A stretch of DNA of 64,000 nucleotides, taken from NCBI GenBank assembly GCA_032718475.1, contig JAUCBJ010007985.1, positions 93,567-157,566 of the forward strand, read 5' to 3'. Under the pieces are notes generated by a model. It saw only the letters and a program-made list of their open reading frames with translations. It had not been told where the DNA came from and searched no databases. The stretch is from Nemertoderma westbladi. Taxonomy: Eukaryota > Animalia > Xenacoelomorpha. Positions 11,261 to 22,104 of the stretch are shown here, one piece after another. Every line of letters starts with the position of its first letter. Within the stretch, counting starts at the first letter, position 1. The position numbers and the translations under genes are program-made.

Positions 11261-13411
11261 ATGCTTAGCAACCTACGGTTAAAGGAAGCAGCCCAGGTAA
11301 GAAGTAATTCTAATCCTAGCAGGCCTGAGTTAGACAAAGTCCAACCTAGTCAACGAGTACGCATATCGGAGGAGACTATACCACATAGACCTCAGGTAAG
11401 GACGCCTGTCCCGAATATCCATAATCCCAATTTCGAAAACTCAGCCGAGAAATTTATACAAGATGCTTGGGTCAGGGCCTCGGCGCGCAAACCATCGCGA
11501 GCGCTAAGAACTGACACAGAATCGAGTGATGAAGAGGAAGATATGAGACGTCAGAAGTCCCGAAACTATAAGGAAGGAAGGACGGACACGGAGCAGGTAA
11601 GTTTGAACCACCGGGAAAGGACCAGACTTAACAACCCTGCGGAACTAAACCATTTGTTAACCCGGAACGACGCAACCCTTAGGGACATAGGTAAGTTTGC
11701 TGCTAGACAAGGACTGCCGACGCAACAACCCCAGAAGTTTATGGGTAACCACAAGCACTGGAGGACCTTCAAAACCTATGTCGACGAGCAGCTAACCAAC
11801 AGCACCTTTACTCCCAACGAGAAGTTCAACTATTTGCTTCAGATGCTCCATCGAGAACCTAGAGCCATTGCTGATAACTTCGTCGGCAATGAAAGGGCAT
11901 TCGAGTTAGCAATGAAGACGCTTAGTGACATCTACGGGAATAAAACCAAGATGGCGCAGTCGATAGTGGAAGACTTGGGTAAGGGCGGAAGGATTACAAC
12001 TCCGTTAGAGCTGTTGAACTTAGCGAACGCCATTTCGAACGCATTGGACATCTTGAAGACGGTGAATCTACCTCATCATGGTGATCACGCCGAAGTTTTG
12101 AAAAGCGTAATAACACGTTTAAACATGCGTTATCGACAGAAATGGCGCAAATTAGAGAATAAGTTGGAGAGCCAAGGTAAAGTATTGACACTTCAGCATA
12201 TTCATGACATGATAGCCACAGACGCAGTAGCAGAGATGAAATCAAACTTCTCAGAAGAGAATATGAGGGAGTCTAAACCTGTTACCAGTAAGTCTATGGT
12301 AAGTTTTGACAATGACAGGACCACTGTGACATTTAACTCAGTAGACAGATATAATTCGAGTACCCCAGCCTTTAGATCAGGCTCGCGAGTATGGTCAGGT
12401 GAGCGGTTAGATAGACCTAGGTTAAAGCAACAGGAGTTGCCGGATGGATTTGTAGGTTGCCAATACTGTTTACTAAAGGAGGTAAGATCTGACAACCATA
12501 AGTTAGATAGTTGCAGACGGTTCAAAGAATTAAATTCGGAACAGAGAAGAGTTCAAGTGCGGACGTTGGACACCTGTTGGGCATGTCTTGCGCCAGGTCA
12601 TGTACGGCGGCAGTGCCCGAACAGCAAGGACGGATGCATGGAATGCGGCAGACTACATCACAAGTTGCTACATTCGGATTTCCACACCCCAACGGACCGT
12701 TACTTACAGCGAAATCCTCACAGGAAGGGGAGCAAAGAACCCGTATCGATAAGGAGGAATACGTACACTGGCATCCAGGACGATGGTTATCAACCAGGTT
12801 CGTCGGATGAGGATGGTGAGTCGAGCGCGAGAGAGGTGACCTGCCAAGGTTTCACCGCGGATAGTTCATCGACCAGCGCGCGGACGTATTTATCATCGGC
12901 CACGTCGGAAATATTTAGCGTGATTCCGGTGAAACTTACTGGCGATAAGGGATCGAAGCGAATATATGTAATGTTGGACACTGCGTCCACATTATCGTAT
13001 ATCGACGAGGAAGTGGCGAGAGCTGTTTCTAGCTTCCAGGACGCCGAGGAGATCCAAATAGAGTTGAAGTCTATGCACGGGGTAGGAGACCTCAAGGGAC
13101 ACAGAATTTCGGTAGAACTAGATTCCCTACTTCCGAGAGACCAGCATACTCGACAAGAACGGAAAGCTTTGCCATTGGACGGATTTAAGTGTCTAGCTAT
13201 GAAGGGATTCGGCAGGCAGTTAGGTAAGGTGCCGCCGATGAGTGCCATAGCACAGGAGTATTTTGACAAGCTCAGGATACCCAGACACCAGGTAGGTTAT
13301 AGGAATGTTTCTATGTTAATTGGTGCAGAACAGCTGATCGCATACCAAATATGGAAACGAGACCAGCTGAGCCGCATGTCAATGGACCACATGCCCATAG
13401 GACTATATTAG
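11261..13411 (+). CDS. gag: BEL gag core, three Cys/His fingers and aspartic protease
   Basis: FMGNHKHWRTF...EKFNYLLQML; CQYC..H..C, CWACLAPGHVRRQC, CMECGRLHHKLLH; protease MLDTASTLSYI. Confidence 0.9.
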   Translation: MLSNLRLKEAAQVRSNSNPSRPELDKVQPSQRVRISEETIPHRPQVRTPVPNIHNPNFENSAEKFIQDAWVRASARKPSRALRTDTESSDEEEDMRRQKSRNYKEGRTDTEQVSLNHRERTRLNNPAELNHLLTRNDATLRDIGKFAARQGLPTQQPQKFMGNHKHWRTFKTYVDEQLTNSTFTPNEKFNYLLQMLHREPRAIADNFVGNERAFELAMKTLSDIYGNKTKMAQSIVEDLGKGGRITTPLELLNLANAISNALDILKTVNLPHHGDHAEVLKSVITRLNMRYRQKWRKLENKLESQGKVLTLQHIHDMIATDAVAEMKSNFSEENMRESKPVTSKSMVSFDNDRTTVTFNSVDRYNSSTPAFRSGSRVWSGERLDRPRLKQQELPDGFVGCQYCLLKEVRSDNHKLDSCRRFKELNSEQRRVQVRTLDTCWACLAPGHVRRQCPNSKDGCMECGRLHHKLLHSDFHTPTDRYLQRNPHRKGSKEPVSIRRNTYTGIQDDGYQPGSSDEDGESSAREVTCQGFTADSSSTSARTYLSSATSEIFSVIPVKLTGDKGSKRIYVMLDTASTLSYIDEEVARAVSSFQDAEEIQIELKSMHGVGDLKGHRISVELDSLLPRDQHTRQERKALPLDGFKCLAMKGFGRQLGKVPPMSAIAQEYFDKLRIPRHQVGYRNVSMLIGAEQLIAYQIWKRDQLSRMSMDHMPIGLY

Positions 13412-13586
13412 GTTGGTATACACGAGTGCCCATGTCTTATGAGTTTACAGGTAGCGACAAGCCAATAGACAGATATGACGAATTAAGCCTATAACTCAAC
13501 CACCGTTAGTAGAACCACCAGACATAGACGAGTTTAGGAGAACCTGTATTGACCACTATAGTGACTTTAGCGAGTCGGACGAGGAG

Positions 13587-15800
13587 TTGATTCCCGATAA
13601 TGTTAGGTTGTCGGAACCACTTCATAACGACCGGACAGATAGTGAACCCGAGGACTACTGTTATCAGACCCGTGGGTCTGGTTCAGCGGCCCACGCTACC
13701 TATTTGAGTAACGTTTTGACTTATACCGACATAGTGGAGGGTCAAGTGGCTAAATATCGAGACCTAGACATTTTCCAATACAGTGAGGAGGAATTGCAGA
13801 AGGAATTGATACGCCAGGACCTCGAGACAGGAGCCAGAACCGTCGAATGGCTGGATAGGGACGCAATGGAACCCGGTGGATATGACCTAGCCATGTCTAC
13901 TGATGAGAAGCGGTCGCTGGAGATGATGGAAGATACCATACGTCTACTACCGACTGGACATTTTGAAGTTGGAATGTTGTGGCGTCGACAACCACCTAAG
14001 TTGGAGAACAACTACAGCTTAGCCTTGAAAAGATTAAACGGAGTAAGGGCTCGGTTGTTAAGGAATCCAGGCATTAGGGAGAAGTATTGCGCCCAGATCA
14101 ACAACTATTTTGCCAAGGGATTTGCTGGGAAGGTAGAGGACCCTGACTTAGTGACAGACCAGACTTATTACCTTCCACACCACTATGTGACTCACCCTGA
14201 CAAGCCAGACAAAGTCCGAGTAGTCAACGACTGCGCAGCAGTCTATAGAGGTATGTCCCTGAATTCAGAGTTGATGGATGGTCCCAACCTGAATAACTAT
14301 TTGATTGGAATACTGTTACGTTTTAGACAGCGGCGATTCGCATTTACTTGTGACATCGAGGCGATGTTCCACCAGGTAAGAGCCTGTAAGGCAGACCAGG
14401 ATAGCCTTCGCTTTCTCTGGTATGAGAATGAAGACTTATCCGGCCCAGTGGTTACATACCAGATGTACGTTAGGATATTTGGCGCCCGCGATAGTCCAAA
14501 CGGCACGCTGTTTGTTCTAAAGAAAACGGCAACAGCCCAGATTGGTAAGTACCCAGTAGAGGTTATCGAGTCCATCTTGAGAAACTTCTACATGGACGAC
14601 GGATTGGTGTCCAAGGACACAGCGGAACAAGCCATAGAAGTGGCTCACGGCCTACAGGAGTGCTTGGCTACAGGGGGATTTCCTCTAACCAAGTTCACCA
14701 CAAACTCGGAGGCCCTATTAGAGTCGTTCCCGGTAAAGGATCGCGGGAGCGGAGACATTGAATTGGGGGTAGAACCAATCCCCATGGCGCGAGTACTGGG
14801 ACTCGCTTGGAATCCGAACTCAGATAAGTTCCAGGTAAGAGTTAGATTTGAGCCCAGTAGCCCAGACAAAGTTTTGACAAAGAGAATTTGCTTATCGACA
14901 TTGAGTAGACTATTTGACCCGATGAACTTTATCAGTCCGGTTATATTACAGGCACGAGCGTGCATGAGGAAAATTTGGTTGTCCGACCTAGAGTGGGACG
15001 AACCAATATCTCCTATACATGCAAAGCAGTGGAGGGAGTGGGAAGCCGAGTTGCATCTATTGAAAAACATAGATGTACCCCGTTCCTACTTTCCGAATCA
15101 GCTGGTATTCCCAGCTGATCTCGAACTGCATCTGTTCAGTGACGCAAGTGACACCGGCTTTGGTATGGTAGCCTACCTTCGCCGAGAGGTAAGTCAGGAC
15201 AAGTTTGAGACGGCCTTTGTAACTTCTAGATCAAAGACAATGCCGGTCAAATACATGACTGTCCCTCATGCAGAGTTACAGGCGGCTGTAGTTTCAGTCG
15301 AGGTAAGTAAGCAGATAACAGAAGAATTAGACACGACACTGACCTTATTCTATTGGACGGACGCATCCTTAGTGTTAGTATACATTGCGGCCGACAATAT
15401 TGCACTAAAGACATTTGTGGCCAATAGACGCGCTCAGATCGTCGACTTTTCGACGAAGGAACAATGGAGACATTATCCGGGAGTGTTGAACCCGGCCGAC
15501 ATAACTTCAAGAGGTGCAATGCCGGCGGAATTCTGTCAGGAAGAGTCTCAGGAGTTTTGGTTGCATGGACCTGATTTTCTAACGAGGACACAGGAACATT
15601 GGCCAGAGCGACTAAAGATAGTGACCAATCCGATGCCTGAAGATGCAGAAGTCAAGGTGGAGAAGGTTTCTAAGTCGAAGTCTAAAGCCAAACTCAAGTC
15701 ATTGGAGCGGCCTGAAGAGTCATTGGAGCGGCCTGAAGAGTCATTGGAGCGGCCCGGAGACCTGTCAGACCAACAGACTTACGTGACTACTAGGTCCTGA
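13587..15800 (+). CDS. pol: BEL reverse transcriptase and RNase H
   Basis: YYLPHH..KVRVVNDCAA, DIEAMFHQV, YMDD, VLGLAWN, LHLFSDAS, YWTDA, NPADITSRG. Confidence 0.95.
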   Translation: MIPDNVRLSEPLHNDRTDSEPEDYCYQTRGSGSAAHATYLSNVLTYTDIVEGQVAKYRDLDIFQYSEEELQKELIRQDLETGARTVEWLDRDAMEPGGYDLAMSTDEKRSLEMMEDTIRLLPTGHFEVGMLWRRQPPKLENNYSLALKRLNGVRARLLRNPGIREKYCAQINNYFAKGFAGKVEDPDLVTDQTYYLPHHYVTHPDKPDKVRVVNDCAAVYRGMSLNSELMDGPNLNNYLIGILLRFRQRRFAFTCDIEAMFHQVRACKADQDSLRFLWYENEDLSGPVVTYQMYVRIFGARDSPNGTLFVLKKTATAQIGKYPVEVIESILRNFYMDDGLVSKDTAEQAIEVAHGLQECLATGGFPLTKFTTNSEALLESFPVKDRGSGDIELGVEPIPMARVLGLAWNPNSDKFQVRVRFEPSSPDKVLTKRICLSTLSRLFDPMNFISPVILQARACMRKIWLSDLEWDEPISPIHAKQWREWEAELHLLKNIDVPRSYFPNQLVFPADLELHLFSDASDTGFGMVAYLRREVSQDKFETAFVTSRSKTMPVKYMTVPHAELQAAVVSVEVSKQITEELDTTLTLFYWTDASLVLVYIAADNIALKTFVANRRAQIVDFSTKEQWRHYPGVLNPADITSRGAMPAEFCQEESQEFWLHGPDFLTRTQEHWPERLKIVTNPMPEDAEVKVEKVSKSKSKAKLKSLERPEESLERPEESLERPGDLSDQQTYVTTRS

Positions 15801-16052
15801 AGGGTAAGTTATGACATAAAACCACCCTTACAGACTAAACCAGAGTCAAAGTTGGTAAGTGACGGACAGAAAATGACCGACAAAATGGATCCTTTGGTTT
15901 CCAAACCTGCGGGTTTGGATTCGAAACTTCCATTAACTAGCGGACAACCGTTGTTGGCATAAGAGCCATGTAGTGTTTATGACAAATTACTAAATTCGTC
16001 TGCCTCTTGGCTGACAATTTGTAAAAGAACTGCGTGGTTAAGCCGATACATT

Positions 16053-17564
16053 TTGTACCTTTGTTTAAAACATTCGGAACATTTGAGAGAACGAACGAGC
16101 ACTAATAGTGAGCGAATTCAGAAATTGAAACAACCTCTGACAGAGGATGAGATTGATCAAGCGGAATTAAAGCATTTGAAGCATTATCAAATGTGTGCCT
16201 TCCCTAAAGAATTCCATTCATTATCGGCTCAACGACCAGTTCTCTATAAACCCCTTAGAAAATGGAGTCCATTAATCCATAAGGGTTTGATTTGTCATAG
16301 ATCGAGAATCCAGACTGTCGACATAAACTCACAGTTTAGGTTCCCAGTGATAATCCCTGGTCACCCAATAGAATTGCAAAGAGCGATTCTATGGGATATA
16401 CACAAGAGGTTGCATCACGCGGGAAAGTTACACTGTTTGTCGGCAGCGAGACAGCGATTCATTCTATTGCAGCCAAGCAGGGCAGTAGGCACTATGTACG
16501 ACGCCTGTCTGGTTTGCAAGAGAGTGAACGCCAGAGTATTGGAACAGGAGATGGCTGAACTCCCGGAAGCGAGAGTGCAGGCATATGACCCACCCTTTAC
16601 GAACACAGGGGTGGATTGTTTTGGTCCGATTGAGGCAAAGAGTGGACGGCTGACCCACAAGCGATGGGGTCTGCTACTGACATGCATGGCTAGTAGAGCC
16701 ATACATATTGAGCGTGTGGCAGACATGTCGACCAAATCTCTGCTCCTGGCCTTGAAGAGATTTATGGCCAGGAGAGGACTAGTAAAGGCGTTCTACTCTG
16801 ACAAGAGTACAAACTTTGTCGGAGGGAATAGCGAGTTGAACGCGGCTCATAAAGCGGCACATAATAAGGAAATTTCTGCAGCACTTTTGCCGCAAAGAGT
16901 AGAATGGAGATTCAATACTCCAGAAAGTCCTTGGAGAGGAGGAAGTTGGGAGCGTTTGTTTCGCTCTGTAAAGCAGGCCATTGCTAAGACGTTGCTTGTA
17001 AATAAACAACTTACCGACGACGAACTGGTTACAGCTTTCATTGAAATCGAGCATACATTAAACTCGAGGCCGATAGCTATGTTGCCAGACGGTGTTGCAT
17101 TAACGCCGAATCATTTGCTAATGCAGAGTCCAGCATTTCTTGTGCCGGCATCAGAACCCATTAGTGCCGACCTATATAGTCGTAAAAGCTGGAAGGTGAC
17201 TCAATTTGTGGCGTACATATTCTGGGAATATTGGCGGGAATACTATCTTCCCACCATATCTACCAGAACAAAGTGGTACAAAACGGTTCGGAGTCTCCAA
17301 AGAGGAGATTACGTATTGATAACCGAGCCGATTGTCAAGAGAAAGTATTGGGAGACGGGAGTGATCTTGCACATACACCCAGACGTGCAAAACATAGTGC
17401 GCACAGTCACTGTGAAAATTAGGTGCAAGTGTCCGCACCCAAAAAAGTGTAAAACTAATGGTTTACACACCTTGGACCGACCGGTCCAAGATATCGTGTT
17501 ATTAGAGGAGACACGTATCGAGACGGGAGATTATAATTTGTCTCCTGCCTCAAAACAGAATTAG
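16053..17564 (+). CDS. pol: BEL integrase
   Basis: HHCC (HKRLHH...CLVC); catalytic GVDCFGP / SDKSTNF / GGSWER; NSRPI, LTPNHLL, FWEYWREYYLP. Confidence 0.95.
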   Translation: MYLCLKHSEHLRERTSTNSERIQKLKQPLTEDEIDQAELKHLKHYQMCAFPKEFHSLSAQRPVLYKPLRKWSPLIHKGLICHRSRIQTVDINSQFRFPVIIPGHPIELQRAILWDIHKRLHHAGKLHCLSAARQRFILLQPSRAVGTMYDACLVCKRVNARVLEQEMAELPEARVQAYDPPFTNTGVDCFGPIEAKSGRLTHKRWGLLLTCMASRAIHIERVADMSTKSLLLALKRFMARRGLVKAFYSDKSTNFVGGNSELNAAHKAAHNKEISAALLPQRVEWRFNTPESPWRGGSWERLFRSVKQAIAKTLLVNKQLTDDELVTAFIEIEHTLNSRPIAMLPDGVALTPNHLLMQSPAFLVPASEPISADLYSRKSWKVTQFVAYIFWEYWREYYLPTISTRTKWYKTVRSLQRGDYVLITEPIVKRKYWETGVILHIHPDVQNIVRTVTVKIRCKCPHPKKCKTNGLHTLDRPVQDIVLLEETRIETGDYNLSPASKQN

Positions 17565-18323
17565 TGTTGGACGCAACTCACTTCGTATGCATTCCTCGTA
17601 TGCAAATACAAGGAAATGCATAGGAGCGGGGTTGTGGTGATTTGCGTTGAGTTTTGTCTAGTGGGTATCAAAACAAAATTTTATTTTCAAAAATTTTTGA
17701 AAATTAGAAAATTTTAAAAAATTAGAAGTGAACCCAAGACAATTCCAGACGCTGTGTAATAGACGCGTTTTAGAATTCGTCTATAGATAAACAGTAATTT
17801 GAAAAGTCGTGAAGCCTGGAAAATAGCATTTAGAAACCATGGTGACGGCTATATTACGTAGGAGTGTAAATTGAGTTTAGCAACTTCCACAGATTGGTGC
17901 CAACAGTGCAACTAAGGTGCTAAAGGTTAGTAGCACCAGAGGCGTACATGGACCCCACTCAGTAGTTTGCAGTGATGTGTGATATTCGATTATCAAACCT
18001 GTGGGTTTGGTATAGTCGAGTATTGTGGCTATAGTCCTTTCTAACTACTGTAGTTTAGTACGAGTAATGGGAGTAGTTTGGGCATCAAAAAGTGAGTTGG
18101 TCACGGCCAGTTTATCTCCAAAGTTTTTGCGCTATGCATGGGAATAGGTTAGAGGATAGTTAGTTAGGAAGAGACGGGATCTAGAGAGTCGAACCTGAAC
18201 TGCTGGAAGGCAGCGGGGGTTCGGGAGGTCTGTCTTTCGGCAACATCTAACTGATTTACCCACAGTGTAATTGGTTACGTAACGGCACTTATTGGGATAT
18301 ATATATGTATATACGCGGGCATA

Positions 18324-21300
18324 ATGGAGAAGGATATTAGAGCGCAACCGCGCAGAGGATTTACTGCCAGAGAGGAGGCGGAGCTACCATTCGCGCGACC
18401 AGGATGTAAAGATTCTAACGTTTACTACCATGGACGGTCCGTGATGGAGCTAAATGGGAAATACAAACCTACTTATGATAAGGAATTACGGAGGGAAAGA
18501 ATGAGAGCGTTGGGGGACCGTATGGAAGTTTTGCGGAGAGAATATCGCACTCGGTATCCCTACAACTTCGCTTTGGACGTGTGCGACATCAGCGCAGATC
18601 CGGACGAGGAGATCGCACGGCTGTACCATATGAATATGTATTTACGATATGAAGAACCTCTACCTGCAGTCCGAGACCAGTTCGACGGAATGCATCTGTA
18701 CCGGAGGACTCGAGGCGAGGATCAGGAGATGCCGAAAATCTTCAGCGTGTACAAGCTGTTCTACAAGTGTGGTGAATGCATGAACAAGCAAGACGTGGCG
18801 ATTCCCGACTGACTAGACGAGCAACATCCAGAACCGATATTAACGCGATGTCCAGCTCACCAGTTCCTTAGATATAACGAGGGAGGTTACCCGATGAGCA
18901 ACCCGATGATCAGTATCGACTTCAGCGGAAAGCGACCTCCGAGACCCATTACGCCGACCGTTACGACATTAGATCCGTATACGGAGATTAAACCCTGTTC
19001 GACACCCAGTTTGATAGAGACGGCAGCGGCCATTTCGCTGTACCGAGCCTATAAGGATCTAGAGGCGCGACGCGAAGCGGCACGGGACTCGGGTACCAAA
19101 CCCGCGGGTTTGGAGCTCTCGAGTCCCTGGACTGCGTTTACTTCACCTCACCGAGCGAGAACCCTCACTCCTGAGCATCAGGACGACATAGATGCGTTGC
19201 GGCAGGAGGAGCGAGCGGCGAAGACGAAAGAGTTATTCGAGAATAGAATAGCGGAGTATAATAAGGCCGCGGATAGACATCAAGAGGAGACGAGGAGAGT
19301 GACTGGATTTGTTCCACAGGTCATATCTCAAACCCGACCGGTGTATTATTCCGACGGCAACGAACCTGCGATATTAGTAGATCATCCGGAGTCGCGAGAA
19401 GCGATAAGATTCTTGCCGATGGTAAGAATGGCGGATCATTGGAACGTTGACTGTCTACGGGAAGTTTTATGCGCGAAGTTCTTGCGTGATGTCCCAATGC
19501 AGATCACAGATTATGACACACTGGACAAGATTGGAGCTCCGGGGAAGGAGAGCAAACTGTTTGGATGGTTGGATAAGTACATCAAAGTATGGGTCGCGGT
19601 GGCTACATTCCCAGACAACGAGGAGGTAGACCAGACGTGGCTGAGGAGGAAGGGTTCTTACACCCGATATGATGACCACAAGGCTATCGAGCGCATGTGG
19701 ACCCCATCAGACGAGATTCAGCGTCAGTGGAGGAAAACAGAGGAATCACTGCAGGATTGGAGGGTGATGTTCTATGACAATGAAGGAGGGTCCCATCAAG
19801 AATGTTTGACTAGCAAGTGCATTCAAATTCGCGCAGCCGATGGTGTGACTCATGTGTTTATGCGCGTCAGGGCGGATCGAGAGAGACCGGAGCCCATCAT
19901 AACGACACAATATCGGAAAGGGAAGGATCCTAGGGAACAGATTTTGGAGGTATGCAGGCGAGGAGGTATGCACGGAGCGGAGCGTATCGACGCCAGGATG
20001 CTACCCAAGAAGGTTAGAGAGGCTATTCTCAACCAAGATTACGTCAAGGTGGGATCAGGAGTCCAGAGCGATTTGGAAAGCGACTTCAACGCCATGACTG
20101 ATCTGGAAGATAGATTGCCGAGACCGTTTGTCGACACCAAGCTATTGTTGCTATGGGCACAGGATATTGGAATTTATAGAGAGTATCCCAACTCTGCCAA
20201 GACTGGTATGGGCTTCATAGCACACTTATTGTATAATTGGGACTTTAAGTTAAAGACGCAGAAGAAATACGAGGAGGCGTATGGCGAATACAACACGCCA
20301 CCGGGAGCGGAGTTCAAATCCCGGAGACGTTGGCCGGAGACGTTAGTAGAGGTGTTCGGAGTAGATCTTCCGGTGGAGAAGACATATCCGAAACGAACGC
20401 GGGAGGAAATATTAGAGATAGAGGACAAGGGCGAGGATGTTTACTTTGTTCCGGATCGACAACCGCTGACCGGAGAGGATGACATCGTATTAGACATTGG
20501 GAAAGAAGGAAGTGCGAAACCGATTGGAGACCTCATATACAAGAGGGCCTGGTTTCCACAAGTGCGTAGGTGTAAGTTGTGCGGCAGCACAAGGCACAAT
20601 CTAAAGTCGTGCGACGCGGTAGTAGAGGCGGCGCATAAGGTCTGCCGTTGGTGTAATGAGACCGACCATTCGTTTCACACGTGCACCGTCTTCATTTCTC
20701 AATGTGGATATTGTGGGGTAAAGGGACATCGTAGCGCGAGATGTCAGCTACGAGATGATTCCTTCCAAAACCACAGCGCTAACCTACTTCGGGAGATGTT
20801 AGATAAGTGGGAGAGTGTGGCCGACTACCACATTCAAGCGCAGATGCGTTGGTTACCATTTAAGGCGGGATACGGATTCTGGGCTGTAGACCCATCTCAC
20901 GTTGCATATGAGCCGTATTTACAGTCTTTGCCACAGTATCAAGAGCTCATCCTGACCGCTCAAGACCTTCCACAAAACACTGGAGTTATCGTAGTTCGAG
21001 AATATTTCAGACAGTTAAATATGGATAACAAGTATACTTGGAACTTTGTTGCCATTTGCGACCGGATTGCGAAAGGTCTGTTTTCGGAAACTAGAAAAGT
21101 GGTACGCGCGCGAGGTGATTGGAGGATGGCGGCTATACAATACCGCAACGAATTCTTGTTGACTCATGTGCCAGTGGGGTCATTGACCGCTGAGAGGATA
21201 CAGGAACAGAGAATCGCAGCGACCACAACGTCAACCGCTGGAGCTCAAGGCTCGCGGAAAGAACCAGGAGGAGAGGTCCAAGACAAGCGTCAAGTCAAGG

Positions 21301-21611
21301 ACGACCACTATCATTCAATAATTGAGGCCCAGCGATTGCAGCGCAAGGCGCAGGGTGCGTCGGAGAAGGCGCGTGTGCAATTGCAGAAGGAAGAGTTGGC
21401 GGAAGCGACCGTAGGAGCACGACAATTGGGACGAGGCCGAGGTAGAAGTACCAGCCGGGAGTCTGTCGGGGCTCAGGGAACATCGTCGCCGGTTCCGGGG
21501 AGTGACGCCTCACGGACGCCGTCAACAGAGTCTACAGGGGGTAGACTGGTGTATCTGGGAAGAGGGCGAAAGAGGGTGGCGAGCCCAAAGAAACCAGGAG
21601 CGGGTCGATAA
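18324..21611 (+). CDS. BEL accessory ORF: putative DEDD (WRN/RNase D-like) 3'-5' exonuclease with three CCHC zinc knuckles; one internal TGA at 18810
   Basis: ORFs 18324..18812 and 18894..21611 are in frame with an open linker. MFYDNEG (ExoI-like); LPKKVREAILNQDYVKVGSGVQSD (ExoII-like); CKLCGSTRHNLKSC, CRWCNETDHSFHTC, CGYCGVKGHRSARC. Confidence 0.75.
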
Positions 21612-22104
21612 TACATTATAGCACAGGGCGACAGACTCTAGATATATACATCATCGTCACTCTGATGTATATTGTAGCATTTTAGAAATACCCGACTAGA
21701 CTCATATACACTAGTTGAGCTGTTTTGAATTTATATTATGAGAGAGGCGAAGGAAGTGATTGGGGAGACAAACCTGCGGGTTTGGCTTACTCCTTTCACT
21801 TGCCCTAGCAAATTACTTTATATTTAATTTTGTATGTAGTAATCATTATGTAGTACGAACGAGAAACAATATTTTGTAAATTTAATTTGTATGTAATTAT
21901 CGTTAAACAGTGAGAGAGATAATATTTTGTAAATTTAATTTGTATGCAATTCATTATGCAATATCTATAGCAATATTTTGTAAATAGTAGGATTCATAGT
22001 ATCAAGTATTTAGATTATTTGGAAGAAATTTATTTTGTTTGTATACATCACCTTATACTCTTCTACAATTGGAGGGAAACATTGTATGATTTCCCTTGGA
22101 GCGG

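Larger units (their letters stand above)
9239..17564 (+). pseudogene. gag-pol: BEL/Pao gag-pol polyprotein, disrupted
   Basis: ORFs 9239..11083 and 11261..13411 share a frame and are split by TGA at 11081. Frameshifts and a stop lie at ~13340-13580 (GPHAHRTILGW is in another frame). ORFs 13587..15800 and 16053..17564 share a frame, with stops at 15798 and 15960. Confidence 0.9.

Noticed and set aside
18894-21611. Envelope gene in the BEL element
   Set aside because: No signal peptide or transmembrane segment evident; motifs point to a nuclease with zinc knuckles.
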